DNA of 49,493 bases. Origin: a virus (lineage: Duplodnaviria > Caudoviricetes). The notes under the pieces were generated by a model. The model ran no database searches and had not been told where the DNA came from. It saw only the letters and a program-made list of their open reading frames with translations. This document shows positions 28,590-36,757 of the stretch, piece after piece. The stretch's first letter is position 1; the number at the start of each line of letters is the position of its first letter. The translations under genes and the position numbers were made by a program. The stretch covers positions 1 to 49,493 of IMG/VR virus record IMGVR_UViG_3300020045_011377; one strand, written 5' to 3'.

Positions 28590-28627
28590 AAATAATGGAG
28601 ACATGTGAATAGTCTCCATTATTTATG
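28590..28627 (-). promoter_or_regulatory. Late promoter variant CATAAATA overlapping a 13-bp hairpin (terminator or RBS modulator)
   Basis: AAATAATGGAGAC pairs with GTCTCCATTATTT. Confidence 0.65.
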
Positions 28628-28638
28628 AAACGAGGTAA

Positions 28639-28737
28639 TTAGCGATTGCGATGCTTTGTTTGCAGCGCGTGAGCTTCATCCATCACATCAATTACGATGT
28701 TGATGAAATTGAAAATCTTAGCGAAAAACTTCTTCAT
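28639..28737 (-). CDS. Small protein (32 aa) coupled to hsp20
   Basis: MKKFFAKIFNF...; TAATG overlap. Confidence 0.5.
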   Translation of the reverse strand: MKKFFAKIFNFINIVIDVMDEAHALQTKHRNR

Positions 28738-29198
28738 TATTTCTTCCCTTCTTCATTGAGTACTTGTGGGCCCGAGGTGATATCGATCTTTACTGCCTTG
28801 TTCATCGCAATCACATTCTCGAGAGTAATCTTCAACATGCCGTTGATGAGTTCTGCACCTTTCACTTCAATCGTATCTGCCACAGGAAAGCTGCGAACAA
28901 ACGCGCGACCTGCGATACCCTTATGAAGGAATGATTCAGCAGCTTCAGTTGTATCTGCACGACCTGTTACAACCAAGCGCCCACCATCAAGAGTGATATC
29001 AAGTTGCTGTGATGCAAAGCCGGCTACGGCAATTTCCACAGTATACTTGTTCTCATCGACCTTCTTGATATTGTAAGGTGGATAACTGTCAACAACTTGT
29101 TTTTGGAATTGAGCGAGACGTTTGAAGGTTTCATCGAAGCCGAAAAAACCACGACCGCTGAGAAGAGAGTTCATTTCATCAAATACAGACTTAGTCAT
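28737..29198 (-). CDS. hsp20: Small heat shock protein Hsp20 (IbpA-like)
   Basis: YPPYNI, EIAVAGF, FLHKGIA.RAF and NGMLKI motifs. Confidence 0.95.
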   Translation of the reverse strand: MTKSVFDEMNSLLSGRGFFGFDETFKRLAQFQKQVVDSYPPYNIKKVDENKYTVEIAVAGFASQQLDITLDGGRLVVTGRADTTEAAESFLHKGIAGRAFVRSFPVADTIEVKGAELINGMLKITLENVIAMNKAVKIDITSGPQVLNEEGKK

Positions 29199-29265
29199 AA
29201 GTCCTCCTATTAAGTTAGCAAGGTTAAGTGCGTAGACCCTATCGGCATCTACGCACGTATTTATA
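29199..29265 (-). promoter_or_regulatory. Late promoter plus ROSE-like 5' leader of hsp20
   Basis: TATAAATA at 29258..29265; hairpin at 29228..29256; CUUGCU can pair with AGGAG. Confidence 0.65.
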
Positions 29266-29287
29266 ATAAGTTATTTCTACTATTAAA

Positions 29288-29812
29288 TCAAGAGCTTTTT
29301 AGAGGTACTTTCGCATTTGCGTTGTTAGTACCACGTGGAGATGCAGTACCATCATTTGCCTTCTTGATACGAGTATGAAGTGATTTCAAAGAGCGCTGAG
29401 AAGTGAAAGGAACCTTCTCTTCCGCTATCTTCAACTTCGCGGGTCCTTCACCACCAGAGTTAACTTTATAGTGAGGCCATGATTTGTTGTGCACGGCTTC
29501 CCACGCTTGGATCACTGTGTGACCATGTTCTTTGTGATGTGCGGAAGCGGCGTCTTGAGCCTTTGTGTATTCAGCTGATGACTTCTCATGAGCTTCATGA
29601 GCTTTCTTGAGAGCATCTACAACACGAGGGCCACCCTTGCTTACAAACTTTTTACCACGCATCTTCATAAACTCAAGTTCGACTTTGTGGTGATTTGTAC
29701 CACTGAAAGCGTTACTTGCTTTTATAAGATTTTCAGCGTGTTCCGCGCCTTTGACCGCGACATGGCGAGGAACTTCTGCTTGCTCAGCAAAGTATTGTAT
29801 GAATGATTTCAT
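29288..29812 (-). CDS. Internal head protein candidate with a T4-like capsid targeting sequence
   Basis: MKSFIQYFAE resembles the T4 IP N-terminus MKTYQEFIAE; basic protein. Confidence 0.7.
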   Translation of the reverse strand: MKSFIQYFAEQAEVPRHVAVKGAEHAENLIKASNAFSGTNHHKVELEFMKMRGKKFVSKGGPRVVDALKKAHEAHEKSSAEYTKAQDAASAHHKEHGHTVIQAWEAVHNKSWPHYKVNSGGEGPAKLKIAEEKVPFTSQRSLKSLHTRIKKANDGTASPRGTNNANAKVPLKSS

Positions 29813-30210
29813 GACTTCTGCAATACTTCTTTCGCCGCTGCGTATGCGCGAGTAAGATCTTCACCTTCATGCATACCAACCTTCTTCGAGCCCGCTTTCA
29901 AGATATGAGCGTGAAGAGCGTCAGGATTTGCTGAGTGGGCGTGCTGCCCTGATGGTAACCTCTTTGTATGATCGTGAGATTTATCACCACCAATACGCCA
30001 TACACCATATGACTTGTATACAGTGTACATGTGACCTTGTTTCTTATCATGTACAACAACATCTTTGGAGTACTTTTCTTTGTTCTGACTCTTCATACCA
30101 GCACCATGGCCAAATGCTGCTTCCATGTGGTGATCCGTAACATCAGGCATCTCTTTAACGAGAGACCCTCGATAGTTTGAATTTTTAACGCGTGAAAAGT
30201 CGTGTTCCAT
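29809..30210 (-). CDS. Late His/Lys-rich protein (internal protein candidate)
   Basis: TATAAATA at 30230..30237; AGGAG SD. Confidence 0.65.
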   Translation of the reverse strand: MEHDFSRVKNSNYRGSLVKEMPDVTDHHMEAAFGHGAGMKSQNKEKYSKDVVVHDKKQGHMYTVYKSYGVWRIGGDKSHDHTKRLPSGQHAHSANPDALHAHILKAGSKKVGMHEGEDLTRAYAAAKEVLQKS

Positions 30211-30247
30211 GAACAATCTCCTTATTGCGTATTTATAGAGATAGGTA

Positions 30248-30499
30248 TTAGAACAAGCAACGCTGTTTCGGAATCACGTAATCTTTCAGAGTCAATTTCT
30301 GAAGATCCGCGAAAGCGAGAAACACTTTGTGTCCCTTGTGTGAGATATTCCAACCCAGAATGTATTGGGTCCACTTGTTCCTCTGAATCTTCAGAGGTTT
30401 CAGAATTCCACTCTTGATTGAGTAGAGTTTCTGCTCTTTCAGATGCCAGAAGTAACCAGCAAATGCAACAGGAGTAAAACCATGGGGCAGTGTAATCAT
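30248..30499 (-). CDS. Hypothetical protein
   Basis: Start reassigned to the ATGA-coupled ATG at 30499. Confidence 0.65.
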   Translation of the reverse strand: MITLPHGFTPVAFAGYFWHLKEQKLYSIKSGILKPLKIQRNKWTQYILGWNISHKGHKVFLAFADLQKLTLKDYVIPKQRCLF

Positions 30500-30600
30500 T
30501 TGTAACCTCTCATAACACCACGTAGACATGAATGGCAGCCATCACCATCGCGTTGATTCTTTGAAGTACAACCACAGAAATTACAACGAGTATAATACAT
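30496..30600 (-). CDS. Small CxxC-CxxC zinc-ribbon protein (34 aa)
   Basis: MYYTRCNFCG...GCHSCLRG; coupled at both ends. Confidence 0.55.
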   Translation of the reverse strand: MYYTRCNFCGCTSKNQRDGDGCHSCLRGVMRGYK

Positions 30601-30701
30601 CACTTCTTCCTCTTATCAAGCCAAATACCGGGAAGCGCCATTGCGCAAAATATCACAGCGATTACGAGTACGACGCCGACAGCTTCAATTAATGTTTCCA
30701 T
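30600..30701 (-). CDS. Small single-TM protein (33 aa)
   Basis: METLIEAVGVVLVIAVIF...KRKK. Confidence 0.55.
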   Translation of the reverse strand: METLIEAVGVVLVIAVIFCAMALPGIWLDKRKK

Positions 30702-30703
30702 GA

Positions 30704-31075
30704 TTAAAATCCGTATCGAAGAAGTGATTTATTTGCGCGCTTCCAATCGATGTCATCAAGATCACTGATGTAGGTGTTACCATTCACATCAGTTTTGATT
30801 TCAAGATTGAGGAAAATTTTACCAGATTGCACTGCGCGCTGCATACGCTCAGCTAACTTCTTGTTGTTTGTGCCCCAACCACCTGAGTGGCTGCGATCAA
30901 CACCCTTCCAGATGGGGTCAACGATATAGCGAGCTGAGATACCATCTGTCGGATTACGATCTACCAACTGAACCGATTCAAGATGCTTCGCAAGAAACTC
31001 TGCGATTTCAGCCTCAGACATCAGGGGCTTCTTCATCAGCCGGCACATGTCATACTGGTCGCGTTTGAATTCCAT
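30704..31075 (-). CDS. Hypothetical protein
   Basis: GGAG SD before ATG 31075. Confidence 0.7.
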   Translation of the reverse strand: MEFKRDQYDMCRLMKKPLMSEAEIAEFLAKHLESVQLVDRNPTDGISARYIVDPIWKGVDRSHSGGWGTNNKKLAERMQRAVQSGKIFLNLEIKTDVNGNTYISDLDDIDWKRANKSLLRYGF

Positions 31076-31076
31076 G

Positions 31077-31493
31077 TTAGACTCCAAACCACTTGTAGAC
31101 TTCATCCATCGTACCAGTCATCAGCGCTTCGCTGAATGCGTTTTCTTTCCCCCAAACAGATGCTTCACCTTTAACTGAATCATGACCGCTCGACGGCGTC
31201 ACACAGAAGACAACATCACCATCGTCACCAACTTCGCAGATGCGAAAATCATCGTACAACTTACCATACATCGGGCAGTTGTTCTTCATGATGACATAAT
31301 GCTTGTCGAGATTAACTTTCGACGATTTGGCGATACGCACAATCTTCTTTGCAAGCTTGCGAGTTTTACCACCAAGCTCTGCATCAGTGCAGAACCAGTC
31401 GAAAAACGTGTTGATCGCCACACCTTCTTCGAAAGATTTGACAAATTCGCGAAGAGTGACGTCACGACCCACATTCTCAAGAACCATCATCAT
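31077..31493 (-). CDS. Hypothetical early protein
   Basis: FFDWFC, KNNCP and LYDDFRIC; GGAG SD. Confidence 0.75.
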   Translation of the reverse strand: MMMVLENVGRDVTLREFVKSFEEGVAINTFFDWFCTDAELGGKTRKLAKKIVRIAKSSKVNLDKHYVIMKNNCPMYGKLYDDFRICEVGDDGDVVFCVTPSSGHDSVKGEASVWGKENAFSEALMTGTMDEVYKWFGV

Positions 31494-31527
31494 AATATAT
31501 TCTCCAATTAATTTAACCCCACAATTA

Positions 31528-31556
31528 ATTATAGGATAACGTAGATATTAGGGCAA
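31528..31556 (-). promoter_or_regulatory. Early promoter TTGCCC-N17-TATAAT
   Basis: Closely resembles 3677..3705, including flanks. Confidence 0.8.
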
Positions 31557-31571
31557 CCCTTATTTAATTCT

Positions 31572-31817
31572 TCATCGTTCACCTGCAGGATTAACTTTTC
31601 TAACTTCACCGATGAACCCGAGATTTTTACCGCACTCGCTGCAGATCGCATCACACGCGCGTGTCTCGTAATATTTGACGTGAGGACATTTCTTCTGCTC
31701 TCGATACTGTGCCCACATAATAGATCCTACAATTATGAGGAATATAATCACTGATAGAATCAGAAAGAGTATCTCTGCTGCAATCTTCGCGAGCCAGAAT
31801 AGTATGTAGGATATCAT
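31572..31817 (-). CDS. Membrane protein with C-terminal Cys motif
   Basis: TM segment, then CPH...CSECGK. Confidence 0.6.
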   Translation of the reverse strand: MISYILFWLAKIAAEILFLILSVIIFLIIVGSIMWAQYREQKKCPHVKYYETRACDAICSECGKNLGFIGEVRKVNPAGER

Positions 31818-31818
31818 A

Positions 31819-32736
31819 TCAAACCTTCTTCACAATACCAGCGGCGACTGCTGCGTCGAAACGCTTCATGTAGTCATCCGAATACATATCTTCAACCTCA
31901 TAATAGTGTTCCCAAGCGTACTCGCGGAACCAACCAGATGTGATTGAAGAGCACACTTTCTCAAGTGCATACTTGAAGCTGTGACGAGGAGACCACTTAT
32001 TTCGGAATGGAATCTGCGACCGCTCAAGAGCAAGCACATACGATTCTTCGAGTACAGCATTAAGCTTCACTGCATCTGTCTGAGCATGAAAGAGGTCTTC
32101 GCTGCACATAACCTCTGCGTCGTGTTTCTTGAAGAATCGATAGGCAGGTTGATGCATCTGCTTCATCGCTTCGTGAATTGTGTCGTGATCAAAGATGTAT
32201 TTGATGCCATCATCTTTGAAGAAGTCGCCTTTCATCACATTAAGCTTCGGATGCGCGTAATCATACGTCTCATCTTGACGAAGCTCATAAAATTCTTGAA
32301 ACTCAGGTCGAATCTTCGCACCGAGGCGACGCATCGTCCAGATATCGAACATGGTCTTCTCAAAGTGAGGAGAGTTTCTCCTGTAGCGATGAGACATCTT
32401 CAATGTGTAGAGAAGATCAAGAGGCGCAGAGTATCGAGAAAGCCCGTCGATAACACAAACGAGTTTACCATACTGTTTGCAGAGATGAAGAAGCAGCTCA
32501 CTTGATGTATCAGACCATGCGATCTCACCTTCGATCACTGGCCGACCTTCGAGCCGAATAAGAGTCTTCTTACCACTATCAATTGGATACTGTGCGAGCT
32601 TCTCACCACCCATTTGAACTGCAAATTTGTTGATATCAGCGAGCTTACCAACAACATCGATATCACGAGGAACACGTAGATCTTTCGGTCGCTCGAGCAA
32701 GAGCGCTTGGCTACCGATAAGAGCTACGTGATTCAT
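31819..32736 (-). CDS. Putative nucleotidyltransferase-fold protein
   Basis: LIGS...DIDV N-terminal motif; KMSH, HDTIH and EESYVLALER. Confidence 0.6.
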   Translation of the reverse strand: MNHVALIGSQALLLERPKDLRVPRDIDVVGKLADINKFAVQMGGEKLAQYPIDSGKKTLIRLEGRPVIEGEIAWSDTSSELLLHLCKQYGKLVCVIDGLSRYSAPLDLLYTLKMSHRYRRNSPHFEKTMFDIWTMRRLGAKIRPEFQEFYELRQDETYDYAHPKLNVMKGDFFKDDGIKYIFDHDTIHEAMKQMHQPAYRFFKKHDAEVMCSEDLFHAQTDAVKLNAVLEESYVLALERSQIPFRNKWSPRHSFKYALEKVCSSITSGWFREYAWEHYYEVEDMYSDDYMKRFDAAVAAGIVKKV

Positions 32737-32737
32737 C

Positions 32738-32968
32738 TTAGCAGCTTTGCGAACTCGGCTTCCAACCAGCCGATTCATCAAAACCTTCGTCATCTTCAGA
32801 CTTGGTACCAATGAAGTAGCCGCCCATGCCGTAGCCGCCGAGATTCATACGGAAATCAACACCATTTTCATTGGCGATGGTTTCACACTCGGTTACTAGT
32901 TTCTGTGCTTCAGCCAATTTCTTGGCAATTACTTCACTTGCTTTCTTTTGCTGAGCTTCTGTTGCCAT
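32738..32968 (-). CDS. Hypothetical protein
   Basis: AGGAG SD; ends WKPSSQSC. Confidence 0.7.
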   Translation of the reverse strand: MATEAQQKKASEVIAKKLAEAQKLVTECETIANENGVDFRMNLGGYGMGGYFIGTKSEDDEGFDESAGWKPSSQSC

Positions 32969-33347
32969 GTTTACTCTCCTTGACCCTCATTCTCTGGTGG
33001 CGTGCTTCCTGGACGGGGTCGCTCCATTCAGTCACGAGATACTTCATCGGATCCTCATTTACGAGCTTTTCAGCGCGGTCATATGAGGATTCATACGATT
33101 CTTTTGGTTGCTTTGTTACAATGATTTGATACTTCAAATAGTGATTATGATAATTCAAGGCACTGTTGATAGTGGTGTAGCCTGTCATGACGCGTTTCGG
33201 ACTACCAATACCATCCTCTTCTGTCACACCGTTTGCTGCGTTACATGCTTGACACTCACTGTAGATACAGCAAAGATGTGGTATCCAGAATTGTACAGGT
33301 GATTCAGGGTATTTCTTACAACGCGCGAAGTGGACTGTGAGTTTCAC
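32934..33347 (-). CDS. Hypothetical protein
   Basis: GTGA-coupled start inferred. Confidence 0.55.
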   Translation of the reverse strand: MKLTVHFARCKKYPESPVQFWIPHLCCIYSECQACNAANGVTEEDGIGSPKRVMTGYTTINSALNYHNHYLKYQIIVTKQPKESYESSYDRAEKLVNEDPMKYLVTEWSDPVQEARHQRMRVKESKHGNRSSAKESK

Positions 33348-33553
33348 TTGAATCCCTCGACGATACCAGCCCAAGCAGCATGCCAAAGAACACGCTGTGG
33401 TTCAGGTGTCAACGCATACACAAGAAATATCAGAGTTAAAAAGAAGCCTACAACCGCTGAAGAAATAAAGAATGTCCACTTAAAGAGGAACATCATCACC
33501 CTCAGCCAGATGTAGGCCGCGAACGCTGCGATTATGACAAAAATAATACTCAT
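33344..33553 (-). CDS. Small membrane protein, probably leaderless
   Basis: ATG 6 nt after TATAAT. Confidence 0.6.
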   Translation of the reverse strand: MSIIFVIIAAFAAYIWLRVMMFLFKWTFFISSAVVGFFLTLIFLVYALTPEPQRVLWHAAWAGIVEGFK

Positions 33554-33559
33554 AAACAT

Positions 33560-33588
33560 ATTATAGGGTAAACCTGATAATACGGCAA
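33560..33588 (-). promoter_or_regulatory. Early promoter TTGCCG-N17-TATAAT
   Basis: Consensus spacing. Confidence 0.75.
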
Positions 33589-33595
33589 CCCTTCT

Positions 33596-33910
33596 TTATC
33601 GCATCAACTTAAATTTCCTCATCGGTGCTCTTTCAGGGCCAACGAGCGGAAACGTACAAATTGCTGTATGACCGTTGATCTCTGGCATCGTCTCTTTGAA
33701 GATCTTGTACTTGATGCCATTCATCTCGAGATACATCGCGATCTCTTCGAGTTCAACTTCATCTTTCGCCGCACTGAGGACGAAGTTAACAGCACTCTCT
33801 TGAGGTCCTATCTCCGAACCAACCCACATACAAGCGTGACCAGCCTGAACAATCTGTTGAGGGCATGTGAGATCGGTGCGTACAAAAACGTATGAATAGG
33901 CGTTACTCAT
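33596..33910 (-). CDS. Peptidyl-tRNA hydrolase, Pth2-like
   Basis: YVFVRTDL...QAGHA and TAIC motifs. Confidence 0.75.
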   Translation of the reverse strand: MSNAYSYVFVRTDLTCPQQIVQAGHACMWVGSEIGPQESAVNFVLSAAKDEVELEEIAMYLEMNGIKYKIFKETMPEINGHTAICTFPLVGPERAPMRKFKLMR

Positions 33911-34209
33911 TTGATTGCCTCAAGTATCAATGCGCACTTCTCATCAGTCAACAGATCACCAAAGATCTTCCTGATGTATTCAGGGCGATGTTTGAGGGAC
34001 CAACGCGCGTTACCGATGGATGGATAGTTGTAGTTTGATTGCGCACCATTCGCAAGTTTGATTGGATTGGTGAGCGGTGTGAAGCCTTTATCAGATGCAA
34101 CACCGCGAATCACATTGTAGATGATGTAATCGTGCGCGCTTTTGATCTCGGCTTTTTTGAAACTCTCTTTGATAGAGAGGAATTCTTGCTTACTGAAAAT
34201 GTATTCCAT
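33907..34209 (-). CDS. Hypothetical protein, first gene of the Pth2 operon
   Basis: YNVIRG...GFTP motif; AGGAG SD. Confidence 0.75.
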   Translation of the reverse strand: MEYIFSKQEFLSIKESFKKAEIKSAHDYIIYNVIRGVASDKGFTPLTNPIKLANGAQSNYNYPSIGNARWSLKHRPEYIRKIFGDLLTDEKCALILEAIK

Positions 34210-34262
34210 TTGAATCTCCTAGTAGTTTGATTGAATGTATAAAACGTCACCTACTAGCGAGT

Positions 34263-34289
34263 TTATGGTGGTCTAATCTAGAGCTTCAT
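34263..34289 (-). promoter_or_regulatory. Leader minigene ATG AAG CTC TAG ATT AGA CCA CCA TAA, next to an anti-SD hairpin (34216..34261)
   Basis: GGAG SD 7 nt upstream; CTCGCTAGTAG pairs with CTACTAGGAG. Confidence 0.65.
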
Positions 34290-34471
34290 CTCTTTTCTCC
34301 GGTTGGTGGGCAAACACAAGCATTATGTCTGAGGAGCATTATTTCATTCGCTGCCTCTTCAAGAATATCTGAGATACGGTCAGGTTCACCTCGAGGGATA
34401 CTTCTACGAATCTCGGCACGCTTACGTAATCTGTAAACGATGTCCTCTGTATTTATTTCATTTGAAGCCAT
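34286..34471 (-). CDS. Small conserved phage protein
   Basis: DIVYRLRKRAEIRR...DRISDILEEAANEI. Confidence 0.7.
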   Translation of the reverse strand: MASNEINTEDIVYRLRKRAEIRRSIPRGEPDRISDILEEAANEIMLLRHNACVCPPTGEKR

Positions 34472-34829
34472 GAAGCACTCTCTTCCAGAATCCCATCGCT
34501 CTGTATTCTGCTAATCTTATCTTCGCAAGACCAAGATTAGTCTCATTAATCTGTAATTTATTTTCAAGTGATTCAATACGCCTTTGAAGTGCTCTGAATG
34601 GTATGTTGAGATATTCCTCTACCTCTCTACTCCAAGCAATGTAGCGATCAGGCTCACCATTACTACAAAAACGCGAAACCGGTACAACGATCTTGTCTAC
34701 TTTAACATCACATAGCATGGTACCATCTTCGGATACCGTAAATGGTCGACTAACTTGGTGATATTCAACAACATTCGCTGCAAGCACTTCACGTATGACC
34801 AGTTTTTCAACGAATTTAACTTTTTTCAT
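34458..34829 (-). CDS. Hypothetical protein
   Basis: 123 aa ORF. Confidence 0.65.
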   Translation of the reverse strand: MKKVKFVEKLVIREVLAANVVEYHQVSRPFTVSEDGTMLCDVKVDKIVVPVSRFCSNGEPDRYIAWSREVEEYLNIPFRALQRRIESLENKLQINETNLGLAKIRLAEYRAMGFWKRVLHGFK

Positions 34830-34835
34830 AATATT

Positions 34836-34909
34836 TGGTGTCCAAGGTGAGTATCGAACTCACGTCGTCGGTTTTAGAGACCGCCGCTCTGCCATTGAGC
34901 TACATGGAC
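34836..34909 (-). tRNA. Amber suppressor tRNA, anticodon CUA, with encoded CCA
   Basis: Cloverleaf: GTCCATG/CTTGGAC acceptor, GCTC/GAGC D-arm, anticodon loop CTCTAAA, GTGAG-TTCGATA-CTCAC T-arm, ACCA end. Confidence 0.9.
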
Positions 34910-35076
34910 TATGCACGAAAACTACATACAACAATTACAACGGCTGCTGAAAATACAGTCGCTATCATCAGAGGATCAAAAGAAGCATACACCACAGTAC
35001 CCAAGATCCCCGGTACAAGTGGTGCTACTGCCGCTGTAACAGCTAGTTTGTCGCTGTAAGTTAGTTTGATTGACAT
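34909..35076 (-). CDS. Small membrane protein (55 aa) ending in TAG at the tRNA 5' end
   Basis: MSIKLTYSDKLAVTAAV...CSFRA. Confidence 0.5.
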   Translation of the reverse strand: MSIKLTYSDKLAVTAAVAPLVPGILGTVVYASFDPLMIATVFSAAVVIVVCSFRA

Positions 35077-35261
35077 AGTACAATTCTCGCGTCTTGTGAA
35101 TATTCACCAAACGCACAAGCTACCTTAATTGGATTTGCCCCACCTTTGATTAACTCTGCCATCTGTGAGTTACGATTACTGAAGTATAACATCGGCGCTG
35201 TTATTACCAGCGCCAACGTTACACAAACTACAACAAGCACTACTGATGTGTTATTATCCAT
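35061..35261 (-). CDS. Small membrane-anchored protein
   Basis: GGAG SD; TM segment; GANPIKVACA. Confidence 0.65.
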   Translation of the reverse strand: MDNNTSVVLVVVCVTLALVITAPMLYFSNRNSQMAELIKGGANPIKVACAFGEYSQDARIVLCQSN

Positions 35262-35343
35262 TATTTTCTCCGTGGTGATCAACTGCTTTGAATATTTTCA
35301 TACAATAATTATAAGGTAGTTGTATGAATAAACAAAGATATTT

Positions 35344-35844
35344 CTAGCGATCTCTCGCGACCCACTTAAGAACGTGATTAATACACGCTTTCGGACTACT
35401 GTGTACAGGCCATAACGCTGCTGTATCACAAAAACCTAAACCAAGTTCAAGCTCGAGTTGGACTTGAACATCAAATTTACGAGCGTATTCTTTGTGGCAA
35501 CCAACAATTAACATCTTATTCTTAGCACTCATCTTACCAAGTTCGAAGAGAGTGATTGGGCAAAGGGTTTCTTTTGGGAACCAGAATATTACAGTAGGTG
35601 TCTTAGTGAGAGCAGAGTATTCCCACTCAATCTGCTTGCGTGCCATTGTCGGGTCGTTGATATCAAAGTTTTTGCGCCGTGGATTGATTAGAACAAGGCG
35701 CGAGTGTTCGTGAGTCGCAACTTTCTTCGCATAACGAATAGCTGATGCTTGCCAATCAGGACAATTCGAAATGCCACCAGCAAGAAATACTGGCTTCTCC
35801 CAGCTCTTCAGTTCAACAACTTCAGGACAGCGAATTACTCTCAT
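35344..35844 (-). CDS. Nucleoside 2-deoxyribosyltransferase-like protein
   Basis: VFLAGGI...DWQ, NPRR, QIEWE and PITLFELG motifs. Confidence 0.85.
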   Translation of the reverse strand: MRVIRCPEVVELKSWEKPVFLAGGISNCPDWQASAIRYAKKVATHEHSRLVLINPRRKNFDINDPTMARKQIEWEYSALTKTPTVIFWFPKETLCPITLFELGKMSAKNKMLIVGCHKEYARKFDVQVQLELELGLGFCDTAALWPVHSSPKACINHVLKWVARDR

Positions 35845-36209
35845 ACTTTGACTTTCTGATGTGCATCATATAATGTGATAAAGTGCTTGAATGAGCCAAG
35901 CGCTGGTTCTGAGTAGAAGGCATCTTGTGGGTCAATCGGACACCACATGACAATTCGTGAATCATCATTCATAATCCAGAGGTACCCTACAATCTTACTC
36001 TCGTGTAACTTATAATTTCTGAGTGCTTCATCTCCATCAGAGCCTGGTGGGCCATCTGCTCCACAGTTTTCACAGTGAACGTAGAAAGTATCAGACCCGG
36101 GTACACCATAGGTGCGACCGCTATCATCAGCAGCACGCTGAGGCATCAAAGTGAGTGACTTTGAATTACAAAATATGCACAGTGAAGTAGGAAGCTCAGA
36201 TTTGAACAC
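35841..36209 (-). CDS. Lar-like zinc-finger protein
   Basis: CIFCNS...YVHCENCGADGP. Confidence 0.55.
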   Translation of the reverse strand: MFKSELPTSLCIFCNSKSLTLMPQRAADDSGRTYGVPGSDTFYVHCENCGADGPPGSDGDEALRNYKLHESKIVGYLWIMNDDSRIVMWCPIDPQDAFYSEPALGSFKHFITLYDAHQKVKV

Positions 36210-36212
36210 GGC

Positions 36213-36410
36213 TCATACTTTCACTTCCACCAGCTTCAGATCGCGACCTTGCCACATAACAGCATCACACTGCTCACCATTCATCAGTGTTGCGTGAAGT
36301 CTGCGAATAGGTGGTTCAGCAGCTACACTCAGATCATTATCAACTGTGTAGACTTCAACAGCTTGATCTGGTGCGCTACCATTGTTTTTGATTACTACAT
36401 TGATTGTCAT
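36213..36410 (-). CDS. Hypothetical protein
   Basis: 65 aa; GGAG SD; ATGA coupling. Confidence 0.6.
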   Translation of the reverse strand: MTINVVIKNNGSAPDQAVEVYTVDNDLSVAAEPPIRRLHATLMNGEQCDAVMWQGRDLKLVEVKV

Positions 36411-36757
36411 TCTTTATCTCCAGGTGTGTAGCCAAGAAAATCTTCCTCGCTTATTCCCCAAGGTCCATTCGGATCATCGGGATCAAAGTCATCATAGAGG
36501 TATATTCTTTCACGAGGTCTTGGCTTATGTGTTACAGCAAACGCTTCAAACTTCTCTTTCTCTGGTGGAGTCAAAGAAAAGTTCATGATATTGTTAGCGA
36601 GCAACCATCTGATATAGCTCGGATTCTCGCGAATCACATAGTTAACAGTCATACCTTTGTACTTACCGAACCAGAGTCTGCGCTGCTTAGAAGCAGGGCG
36701 CGCCACAGTTAACACATCCACCAGCCATACTCCTCTGTTCATTCTCGCAGCAATCAT
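36407..36757 (-). CDS. FGKYKG-motif small protein
   Basis: FGKYKG...PSYIRW. Confidence 0.6.
   Translation of the reverse strand: MIAARMNRGVWLVDVLTVARPASKQRRLWFGKYKGMTVNYVIRENPSYIRWLLANNIMNFSLTPPEKEKFEAFAVTHKPRPRERIYLYDDFDPDDPNGPWGISEEDFLGYTPGDKE

Noticed and set aside
35297-35328. Inverted repeat TTCATACAA/TTGTATGAA around a TATAAT
   Set aside because: A single AT-rich instance; an operator, a terminator and chance cannot be distinguished
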